Source: a virus
Taxonomy: Duplodnaviria > Caudoviricetes
Virus record (IMG/VR): IMGVR_UViG_3300029267_001596
Coordinates: 284 to 64,283 of that record
Strand: one strand, 5' to 3'
Length of the DNA stretch: 64,000 bases
The notes under the pieces were generated by a model. It was not told the origin of the DNA. It was given only the letters and a program-made list of their open reading frames with translations, and did not search any database. Shown in pieces: positions 16,698 to 24,244 of this stretch. Both the position numbers and the translations under genes were made by a program. The first letter of the stretch is position 1; each line of letters starts with the position of its first letter.

Positions 16698-17456
16698 CTA
16701 TGCGGGGTTTCCTACGTAGCACTGAACCTTCTTGCTGCTGCGGTCGATTAGGACAGCTCGCTTCGATTTGAGGATTGCATCCGACAGACTGTTGTATGTC
16801 GTCACGGTCCCGTTGCCCCAGACCTTGTTCACGGTCCCGTTGTCCCGGACCTCGTTCACGGTCCCGTTGCCCCAGACCTCGTTCACGGTCCCGTTGCCCC
16901 AGACCTTGTTCACGGTCCCGTTGCCCCAGACATCGTTCACGGTCCCGTTGTCCCGGACCCTGTTCACGGTCCCGTTGTCCCAGACCTCGTTCACGGTCCC
17001 GTTGTCCCGGACCTCGTTCACGGTCCCGTTGCCCCAGACCTTGTTCACGGTCCCGTTGCCCCAGACCTTGTTCACGGTCCCGTTGTCCCGGACCTCGTTC
17101 ACGGTCCCGCACACGTAGGTTTTTGTGCTCTCTCCATTGATGGAGGCGACAACTTCGCCTTGCTTAACTACTTTGGCTTTGTACCAATCCTTCAAGGCAT
17201 GTTTCGCACGCCTCTCGCAATCCTCGGCGTCGTACCACGCCGGCAGAATATCCTGGTCGAGATGGTATTCCCATTTCCTGAGTGGGGCATTCCAATCACC
17301 GCCAGGAGGAACTACTTCGACCCTGACCAGCGACGGGTTATTCCGTGCGGTCATCTCCCTGAGCTTATTGTCCGCGATGATCTGTTCATGGGATTCGGTT
17401 CGCAGTCCCCAGAACACCTTTTGCTTGGTCAACACGAAACTGGCTGGTCTACACAT
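16698..17456 (-). CDS. Beta-solenoid repeat protein
   Basis: MCRPASF...SHEQII N-terminus, then 11 x GTVN(E/K)V(R/W)(D/G)N; GGAGAG SD. Confidence 0.8.
   Translation of the reverse strand: MCRPASFVLTKQKVFWGLRTESHEQIIADNKLREMTARNNPSLVRVEVVPPGGDWNAPLRKWEYHLDQDILPAWYDAEDCERRAKHALKDWYKAKVVKQGEVVASINGESTKTYVCGTVNEVRDNGTVNKVWGNGTVNKVWGNGTVNEVRDNGTVNEVWDNGTVNRVRDNGTVNDVWGNGTVNKVWGNGTVNEVWGNGTVNEVRDNGTVNKVWGNGTVTTYNSLSDAILKSKRAVLIDRSSKKVQCYVGNPA
16802..17108. repeat. 27-bp coding tandem repeat, about 11.4 copies
   Basis: TTCACGGTCCCGTTGYCCCRGACCTYG units, no unique spacers. Confidence 0.95.
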
Positions 17457-17460
17457 CCCT

Positions 17461-17820
17461 CTACTCTCCCATCTCTTTCTGGAATGCTTCCTCGGCGTCG
17501 AGGAGGGCCTTGAACTGCCTAAGATGTTCCCCGGAAGTGCAGTCCTCCTCATGCCCGTCCCCGGACCTGTGTTCGCACTCAAAGCACGCATTGTGCCCGT
17601 CTTCATCTTCCTCATAGATGAGGTCCACCAAGTTGGCGTACGCATCATCTAGTGCTTTCGCTAACGCCTCGTGCTGGTTGATGGCGTGGGCGGCGTAGCG
17701 GGCTTGCTGCTTATCCAAGTCAAGAAATCGATTAGGATAGACCACTTGGGCCAGCCGCCAATGGCCGAAGGCTGTGTTCAAAGGAACAGCTACAACTATG
17801 CCTTCAAACGGATTACTCAT
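17461..17820 (-). CDS. Hypothetical protein
   Basis: ORF with GAGGA SD; CFEC..H...C. Confidence 0.6.
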   Translation of the reverse strand: MSNPFEGIVVAVPLNTAFGHWRLAQVVYPNRFLDLDKQQARYAAHAINQHEALAKALDDAYANLVDLIYEEDEDGHNACFECEHRSGDGHEEDCTSGEHLRQFKALLDAEEAFQKEMGE

Positions 17821-18034
17821 TGTCCTCGGCCTCCTTCTCTGGGGGAGCAGGGAGGGGGCACCACTTGGGTATCGTCAGGCAATCTCGCACATCACGCTCG
17901 TAGTCGCCCCCTCGGCACAGTCCGTCATATCCTGGGATTGGCGATGAGACAAAATGTCCGCAGTCACAGCATCGCCCTATCCTCGCCGAGTAGACAGAGT
18001 CACGTTTCTCTGTGTATAGCTTAACCTTACTCAT
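17813..18034 (-). CDS. Small Cys-rich protein
   Basis: CCDCGHF...C...IPKWCPL motif. Confidence 0.6.
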   Translation of the reverse strand: MSKVKLYTEKRDSVYSARIGRCCDCGHFVSSPIPGYDGLCRGGDYERDVRDCLTIPKWCPLPAPPEKEAEDNE

Positions 18035-18365
18035 GCTCCACCCCCTCAAGCCATTCGGGTTCGAGAGTGTCGGCGGCTATGTGGCTTTGCTTTGCCGCCA
18101 CGAGCGAGAACACTGCATCGTTGGCGGCCGCTAAAGCCCTGGCTGCGTCTTGTCGCCAGTTCTCAGCATCTCGACGGCACTGCGCTCGATACGCCTCGAT
18201 AGCGTCTTTCCGGCTGAAACATGGGTTGTCGTCTTTGCGGATACGAGCCCGCACCCCAGTTGTCGTCAGCGGTCGGACCATGAAGAAACTCGGAGTCTCA
18301 CGCAATACCTCATACACTCGCATAGTGCCGTACCTGACTTCGTATATCCGTCGCTTGTCACTCAT
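18027..18365 (-). CDS. Hypothetical protein
   Basis: GGAGG SD; overlapping neighbours. Confidence 0.6.
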   Translation of the reverse strand: MSDKRRIYEVRYGTMRVYEVLRETPSFFMVRPLTTTGVRARIRKDDNPCFSRKDAIEAYRAQCRRDAENWRQDAARALAAANDAVFSLVAAKQSHIAADTLEPEWLEGVEHE

Positions 18366-18585
18366 GAGGCACCTCCATGGCGAGGCATTTCGGACAACAC
18401 TTCTTCATGCGATTGAATAGCCTGGGGTCTATGTGCAAGACATCGGCCTCATGGTCAGACAAGCAGAATGCAGCCCCGCATTCTTCGCACATACCAACCC
18501 CCACATCCTCCAGAGTGGTCCTTCTGAAGCGGCCTCCTTGCCCACGTGGCACGAGTCGCTTATTGCTGTGCCTATACCACCTCAT
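18358..18585 (-). CDS. Small Zn-ribbon protein (first gene after the early leader)
   Basis: MRWYRHSNK...CEECG...CPKC; GGAGGT SD. Confidence 0.6.
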   Translation of the reverse strand: MRWYRHSNKRLVPRGQGGRFRRTTLEDVGVGMCEECGAAFCLSDHEADVLHIDPRLFNRMKKCCPKCLAMEVPHE

Positions 18586-18607
18586 TTGCCACCTCCCATG
18601 CAGCCCC

Positions 18608-18728
18608 CGCCGTCCGTGGCGTAATACTGGGGTTCCACCCCGGGGGCTGCGAGTCCAAAGAAACCAACGCCTGCCGTCCGTGGCACGTGGGCCGTCCATG
18701 GCCCTGCCGTCCATATGCCATCCGTGAA
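18608..18728 (-). promoter_or_regulatory. Array of Csr/Rsm-type ANGGAN hairpins
   Basis: CGCC-ACGGAC-GGCG, TGCC-ACGGAC-GGCA, GGGCC-ATGGAC-GGCCC plus two weaker copies (ATGGAC, ACGGAT). Confidence 0.7.
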
Positions 18729-18871
18729 ATATTGAGAGGCCCGGCCGCTTTGGTGAGGGGAGAGGAAGCGAGACTCTGCGGGACCGGGCCTTGGTTTGTA
18801 AAACTGGCGCCGCAGAACGACACCAGCTTCGGAGGTATTCCGCGCCCTGTGAGGGCGTTGCGGAGGGTGTC

Positions 18872-18961
18872 AAAAGAAAAAGGACGATTGGCCGAAGTCT
18901 GGCAACTTGGCGGCACCAATCGCCCCGTGAACGGTTCTTCTGTGTGAGTCGCCAGACTTCG
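18872..18961 (-). terminator. Attenuator-like terminator/antiterminator pair
   Basis: GGGCGATTGG/CCAATCGTCC plus TTTTTCTTTT; competing 15-bp helix CGAAGTCTGGCGACT/AGTTGCCAGACTTCG. Confidence 0.6.
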
Positions 18962-19215
18962 CTTTTGCCTATCCATCCTGGATCTCCCTGTGATCAGTTC
19001 TGGGTTCTACGTCACCTTCCAAGAAATAAGGAGGGGGCGGCGGCGGGGCTCGCCCCCTGTGAACGGCGCGAGATGTGACCGCTGAGTCTACGCGCGTCGC
19101 TCGAAGATTTGGATTCGACTTGCGAAACTGATACAATGGTATTCAGCACGCCAAGGAGCGGCCGCCCGTCGAATGGATTCCCGAATGATGTATATCGTAG
19201 ACTCAGCATGACCTA

Positions 19216-19243
19216 ATTATCGGTTATCCACTGCAGAAAGCAA
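19216..19243 (-). promoter_or_regulatory. Candidate leftward sigma70-type early promoter
   Basis: TTGCTT-N16-GATAAT at the divergence point of the genome. Confidence 0.4.
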
Positions 19244-19323
19244 GAAGGAAATCGAAGGATTTCGGAGGATAACAGCAGGAAAACGAAGGGATGCTACGGT
19301 AACACTCGGTATAGGATGGGGTT

Positions 19324-19702
19324 ATGGCAACTGAACCCCACATGAAAAAAAATTGAGGCCACACACATCGAGGCTGAACTTCTGGACGCTTATGATGAGT
19401 GGGCCGATGGGCGCAAGATCAGTGCACGTGATCGTATGCGGGCATTGTTCCGCCTCTTCGTTGCTGCGCCACCGACCCTGAAGCATTTGGCGCTTGCCGG
19501 GCGTCCCGAGGAAATTGAAGCGGCCGCATTGTTCTACGCGGAAAATATCTCGCAGGACATCGTCGCGTTTGCGCAGGCTGTAGAGGCCAAGCACAAGGGC
19601 TCCTCTATGCCGGGTGATCCAGACGCCTCACGTGCTCAGGGGATTGTGCATGCCGCCGAAGCTCGATCAGCAAACACAGAACAAAACGAGGGCGGCACTT
19701 AG
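19324..19702 (+). CDS. Putative repressor (RHH-like), interrupted by an A8 tract frameshift
   Basis: MATEPHMKK(N*) then +1 frame IEATHIEAELLDAYDEWADGRKISARDRMRALFRLF...; only divergent regulator-sized gene. Confidence 0.45.
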
Positions 19703-19709
19703 ACAGGAT

Positions 19710-19925
19710 ATGACAGATCTCCCAGATGCAGGCGAGCTTGCCTGGTTCGGGCTGTTTGATAATGGCCCATTCTGGGAATTTGACAATGGCAGGCTCTTTG
19801 GAATCGCGCTTGGTGGGATGGATCTCGCCAAATCTCATACACCCTCTCTCTCAATAGACGTACGTCAAGTTCGGGAGGGTGTTGTCAGGCCCTCGAAATA
19901 TGTGGTTGTTCCGGGGGAGGGGTAA
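19710..19925 (+). CDS. Hypothetical protein
   Basis: CAGGA SD; follows the putative repressor. Confidence 0.4.
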   Translation: MTDLPDAGELAWFGLFDNGPFWEFDNGRLFGIALGGMDLAKSHTPSLSIDVRQVREGVVRPSKYVVVPGEG

Positions 19926-20097
19926 CGTTACCTGCCAGGATGCGTCCCCTCTCCCGGCTCCGCTACTTATTATAGCGAGCAATGAGGGTAGGATATGGGC
20001 GCTAAAATCAAATTTGGTTGATAGTTTTTCGTAGAAGCGCTGGAAGCGACGTAGAAGTTACCAGGGAGGGGGTAACGAGGCTTTTGGGAGGCGAGAA

Positions 20098-20454
20098 ATG
20101 AAGACGAGACTGTGGATTATCATTGTGCTGCTGGTGTGTGCGTTCTTGGCCGGCTGCGGCGATGTCGGCAACCTGGTAGTCAACGACGTACTCGGCTTTG
20201 GCCCTGAATATCCGACACCCGAACTCAGTGAGGATCTTCCGCCGACCTATGTGTCCGGCTTCGAGCAGGGGTATCAGAGTGCCACATACCCGTCCCGCTT
20301 TGCGAAGGACCTGGAGGCGTATTCAGGCCAACCTCACTATCACGAAGGCTGGGACGATGGATACGCCGCCGGCCAAGCCGCCGTGCAGAAGGAGTTGGTG
20401 CGACAGCAACGCGCTGCCGCGGATGCTGAGTTTCTTGGAGCGATGAGACATTGA
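20098..20454 (+). CDS. Lipoprotein (moron)
   Basis: MKTRLWIIIVLLVCAFLAG-C lipobox; Y..GFEQGY / Y.EGWDDGY repeats. Confidence 0.8.
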   Translation: MKTRLWIIIVLLVCAFLAGCGDVGNLVVNDVLGFGPEYPTPELSEDLPPTYVSGFEQGYQSATYPSRFAKDLEAYSGQPHYHEGWDDGYAAGQAAVQKELVRQQRAAADAEFLGAMRH

Positions 20455-20479
20455 CGCTGACTGGAGGAGGAGGCGAACG

Positions 20480-21286
20480 ATGAAGCGACTTTCGATTATA
20501 CTGGCAATTGCCCTGCACTTGATTCTGGTCTGCCAATGCGCATTCGGTGACCTTGTAGGGTTTTCGTACGACGACTGGGCGCTGTATCAACTGGACATCG
20601 CGACCATGCAAAGCACCAAGATCGGAGATTTGGATATCCCGCGAGCCGCCGACCTGGCGTGCATGACCGCCGCCTCTGCGTCGTCCGCCTACATGGTCGG
20701 ACGGGAACAGGATACGCTCTATACAGTCAGCCTGGAAGATGCCTCCATGATCGCCTCAGTCTCCCTGGATCGGGATATGCTGGTCAACGGACGCGGCCTG
20801 GCCCTTTCCCCCACCGGAGTCCTTCATGGCGTCTTCGCTGGTCGGGAACTAAGGTCGATTGACCCCATCACGGGCAGCACGGCCCTGATCATGCGGTTCG
20901 ATACCTGGTCTGTTGAGTCCCTAGCGTTCTCGTCGGAAGGCGTGTTATACGTTGGACAGGATCACGGCGGTACCGGCCGTTTCTCCGCGGTAGACGTGTC
21001 AACCGGAACCCAGACTGACTTCGCACAGACGGGCGCCATCGCGGACCCCGATGCGATGGCTTATCTCGATGGCTATCTGTACGCCGCAGACTCCGTGGGA
21101 GGGATCTCGGCTGACCTGTACCGAATCGACGCCGTTAGCGGGGGCGTTGTGAATCTTGGGAACACTGGCATCACCGGACTCAACGGCATGGTGGCCATAG
21201 AGCAAATCACCACCCCCTTGCCTTCCGCCGCCCTTCTGGCCGTTCTCGGCCTGGGTGTAGCGCGATGGAGACTCAGGAGGCAATGA
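20480..21286 (+). CDS. Secreted beta-propeller protein with PEP-CTERM-like sorting signal
   Basis: Signal peptide; LY.ID..TG repeats; C-terminus TPLPSAALLAVLGLGVARWRLRRQ. Confidence 0.8.
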   Translation: MKRLSIILAIALHLILVCQCAFGDLVGFSYDDWALYQLDIATMQSTKIGDLDIPRAADLACMTAASASSAYMVGREQDTLYTVSLEDASMIASVSLDRDMLVNGRGLALSPTGVLHGVFAGRELRSIDPITGSTALIMRFDTWSVESLAFSSEGVLYVGQDHGGTGRFSAVDVSTGTQTDFAQTGAIADPDAMAYLDGYLYAADSVGGISADLYRIDAVSGGVVNLGNTGITGLNGMVAIEQITTPLPSAALLAVLGLGVARWRLRRQ

Positions 21287-21450
21287 AGCGCGATGACATC
21301 GCCTGCGCGTTCGCTGTGCTCTCCTGGGTAGGGATGTGCCTGTTTCTGTATGGGTACGGGGAGTTTCGGGGAGATCTCCAACTCTTGGGGCTCCTGGTGG
21401 CGTCTGCTGGGGTTATTGGTGCCGGGATCGTCTACCGAAAGGACCTGTAG
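21283..21450 (+). CDS. Small two-TM membrane protein
   Basis: Two hydrophobic segments; AGGAGG SD; ATGA coupling. Confidence 0.6.
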   Translation: MKRDDIACAFAVLSWVGMCLFLYGYGEFRGDLQLLGLLVASAGVIGAGIVYRKDL

Positions 21451-21451
21451 G

Positions 21452-21619
21452 TCACCGGTCCATCTCGTCGTCCAGGTCCTTGTAGGCGGCCAGCCATTTC
21501 TTGCGCCACTGGACCATCTGTTGGTCGATGGCATTGGCCTGGCTCTGAAGGTTCATCAGATCGACCATCAGGCCCCGCTGGATCTCGCGCCGACGTTTGG
21601 CCTTCTCTTGCTCGTTCAT
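21452..21619 (-). CDS. Small coiled-coil protein (55 aa)
   Basis: MNEQEKAKRRREIQRGLMVDL...; TGATG coupling. Confidence 0.5.
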   Translation of the reverse strand: MNEQEKAKRRREIQRGLMVDLMNLQSQANAIDQQMVQWRKKWLAAYKDLDDEMDR

Positions 21620-21972
21620 CAGTCCTTCTGGCCGTTCTTGCTCATCAGCCCGTGCATGATATCGATCTTCTTGAAGACGCCCTCAAAGCCGGTCTTGACA
21701 TCGGCTTTGAGTTCCGAGACGTCAGCCTTGACCTCGTCCAGCTTTTCGTCGGAGTGTTGCTTGCGCTCCTCGAGCAGTTGGGCGAACTGGTCATGCACGG
21801 GGCAGACGCCCCGCTGTTCGGCCGGCTGGGATGAGCCGTTCGCCTTGCGCCGCTCGATCAACCGCCCGCCCGTACCGCCACCCAGCACGAGGGCTATCCC
21901 GCCGATGACGGTCCCGATCCACACTCCGATGTTTGTTCCGTTGGCTGCTTCCTGCGCCAGGATGTCAATCAT
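21619..21972 (-). CDS. Holin-like single-TM coiled-coil protein
   Basis: TM IGVWIGTVIGGIALVLGGG then coiled coil; end of late operon. Confidence 0.5.
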   Translation of the reverse strand: MIDILAQEAANGTNIGVWIGTVIGGIALVLGGGTGGRLIERRKANGSSQPAEQRGVCPVHDQFAQLLEERKQHSDEKLDEVKADVSELKADVKTGFEGVFKKIDIMHGLMSKNGQKD

Positions 21973-22828
21973 GTCGTCTCGCTCCGATCAAAAACACTAT
22001 CAGGGATGCTATAACTATAGGCGCGCCGGCATACGGCACGACACTGCTCATAATCATAATCACGCGCGGGGTGGTCGCTGGCGGTGCCCCGCCGCTGGCG
22101 TAATAGGCTGTTGGTGGAGCAGGGGATTGGACCATCTGGTACGGATCGGCAAAGAGGCTCGCTATGTCAGAGGCGGACAGGGCGCGAGACCATACGCCCA
22201 CCTGCCCCATCGCCCCATTCAGGGAAATCCCCAACACGATGGACGCAGCTAAGACCGCATCGTGCGAGTCCCCCGTGGCGGAACCAATGTGCACACCGTT
22301 GTTGTAAAATCGCCATGCGGTGCCTTGTTTTGTTACTGCAACGCATTGCCAATTGCCGCTGGCTGTAAAGTTTGTTATATACTCATATGCCCAATTGGTG
22401 CCATCGCCCCAGGTGACCTGCAAGCGGCCAAGCACCGCACGACGGTAGAATTGAAGCTCGTAATCGTCTAAGGTCGACCGAAAAAACCTATAATCGCCGG
22501 TATCGCTGTCGATTCGTACCCACACAACAATGGTGACATCAGGCAGTGTCCAGCCAGGATTCGGTATGGTGACTGTGTCTGATCCATCAAATTCCAGGAC
22601 GGAACCATTCGGGGAAACTCCCCATGTGGTGCCTGAGCATGTACCATCAAGCCCATGCCCACTCACATCAAAGACCTTGTCCCCCGCCCCTTCGTTCATG
22701 GGCCAGTAGCCGACAAGGCCTTTGGTGATGGGGTTGGCGCGGACGAGCCGAGAGCCTACTGGAGCTTTAGGCTGGAAGCCCCACACCGGAGCGCAGACCA
22801 GGATGAGTATCAATGCGATCCACCGCAT
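21965..22828 (-). CDS. LamG/concanavalin-like domain protein with signal peptide and C-terminal TM
   Basis: GLVGYWPMNEGAG..VFDVSG, W..VAVT, FYNNG, VWSRALS..I..L. Confidence 0.8.
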   Translation of the reverse strand: MRWIALILILVCAPVWGFQPKAPVGSRLVRANPITKGLVGYWPMNEGAGDKVFDVSGHGLDGTCSGTTWGVSPNGSVLEFDGSDTVTIPNPGWTLPDVTIVVWVRIDSDTGDYRFFRSTLDDYELQFYRRAVLGRLQVTWGDGTNWAYEYITNFTASGNWQCVAVTKQGTAWRFYNNGVHIGSATGDSHDAVLAASIVLGISLNGAMGQVGVWSRALSASDIASLFADPYQMVQSPAPPTAYYASGGAPPATTPRVIMIMSSVVPYAGAPIVIASLIVFLIGARRHD

Positions 22829-23196
22829 TATGCTACCCCCGCGTTCGTCCATTTATCACCATCGTAACAGGTGCCGTATTGGTTCCAGTCATTGCGCTTA
22901 TCCAGGGCAGCCTGTAGTGCCTGGTATCGCTTGATGAGTTGGGTTTTGATGTCGGCGACCGTCGTCGCTTTGGCGTCCTGCGTCGCCTCGAAGTGTTGCG
23001 ATAGAACGACCTCTTTGATGGCCCCACTGCGGATCGCCGCTAGCTCCTCGTCCGTGGCGTCCTTGTAGGTACTGGTCGCTTCGGCGTTGGCATAGAACGG
23101 CTGCCGCGCGGTCGGCACGGTCAGCCAGAAGGCGACACGGTAGTCGAGATCGCTCGGGTAGTTCTCACGTTCGAGTATGATGATTTTCTTAGCCAT
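22828..23196 (-). CDS. Tail-module hypothetical protein
   Basis: TAATG-coupled ORF. Confidence 0.65.
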   Translation of the reverse strand: MAKKIIILERENYPSDLDYRVAFWLTVPTARQPFYANAEATSTYKDATDEELAAIRSGAIKEVVLSQHFEATQDAKATTVADIKTQLIKRYQALQAALDKRNDWNQYGTCYDGDKWTNAGVA

Positions 23197-23765
23197 TACG
23201 ATACGTCTCCTTTGATCGGCTTGTAGTGGACGAAGTTGCCGGAGGCCGCCGTGGCCGCGCCGCTGTAGTTGACGAGTATGATTGAGAATCCATCGACCAT
23301 GCGGTAGCCCAGGACCGGCCCCAAGTTGAACGTCGCCTGAACTACCTGATCGGCGGTGGAGTACTTTATTACTTGCGCCAACAAGAGGTTCCCAGCATCG
23401 GAATCGATGGTGTACGTACCCTCCGATCCGGACGGAAGCGTCGATGTCCCGCTGTCGTTGTACAGCCAGTTGGAGCCATCGTAATAGGCCGGGGCAATGT
23501 AGACGTAGATCGCCTCATCGTTCGCCGGGGCCGTGTTCGCCATGTCCAGCTTGACGGCTACTTGGTAGTCTAACGCGTGGGTGGTACGGTTGTCGATCAC
23601 CGCCGACTGCCAGCCTGCCGTTGCCGATGAGGACAGGCTGTGAAGATTTGTGACCGTCAGGGCAGTGTGCGATTGGTCCGGCTGCGTCACCGTGGCCGCA
23701 AAGACTGTGTAGGCCAGGAGCCCGATGAGCAGGCTGCCTGTGAGTATTGCGAGTCGTCGTCTCAT
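23196..23765 (-). CDS. Putative virion beta-sandwich protein with signal peptide
   Basis: MRRRLAILTGSLLIGLLAYTVFA; SLSSSATAGWQSAVIDN... Confidence 0.7.
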   Translation of the reverse strand: MRRRLAILTGSLLIGLLAYTVFAATVTQPDQSHTALTVTNLHSLSSSATAGWQSAVIDNRTTHALDYQVAVKLDMANTAPANDEAIYVYIAPAYYDGSNWLYNDSGTSTLPSGSEGTYTIDSDAGNLLLAQVIKYSTADQVVQATFNLGPVLGYRMVDGFSIILVNYSGAATAASGNFVHYKPIKGDVS

Positions 23766-23776
23766 ATCGTTTCTCC

Positions 23777-24244
23777 TTAGTGCAGAATGGGTGCGTGGTT
23801 CTCTTCTGGGACACCCCAGATGGGGACGGTGTAATCGGTCAGCTTCGGTTCCCGGTACGGCCCAGGCAGGTCAGTGATCCGCACATAGACGTACTGGGGT
23901 CCGGGGACGACATCGCCGCTCAGAGTCCAGTTGCCGGCGTCGTCGTACGTAACAGTCCAGCCCAGCGTGCGGCTCTCGATGATGACCGAGTCATTATCTT
24001 TATCGCACCACGTCCCAGCGCGATTGAGCTTCCCGGCCGGCACCGCATAGTCAAACGTGTTAGGGTCCGTGACGATCGGCGGAAGGATGATGCCTATTAC
24101 CGTGTTCGGGTCGGCCCAGTCTGGTGCGGCATAGAACTGCTGTTCGCAGGGCTCATTCGGTTCGGCCAGTACGACCATCGGCCGTGCCATACAACCCATC
24201 GTCAGCAAGAGAGTCAGGAATAGAAAGCGTCTAATCGAAATCAT
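23777..24244 (-). CDS. Secreted Ig-like protein
   Basis: Signal peptide; D.DND...WTLSG...VRITD. Confidence 0.6.
   Translation of the reverse strand: MISIRRFLFLTLLLTMGCMARPMVVLAEPNEPCEQQFYAAPDWADPNTVIGIILPPIVTDPNTFDYAVPAGKLNRAGTWCDKDNDSVIIESRTLGWTVTYDDAGNWTLSGDVVPGPQYVYVRITDLPGPYREPKLTDYTVPIWGVPEENHAPILH

Noticed and set aside
16802-17108. CRISPR-like array
   Set aside because: Contiguous 27-bp units with no unique spacers, in frame in a protein; no cas genes.
18572-18976. 134-aa ORF as a folded protein
   Set aside because: Overlies dense RNA structure and has no motifs; treated only as a possible leader ORF.
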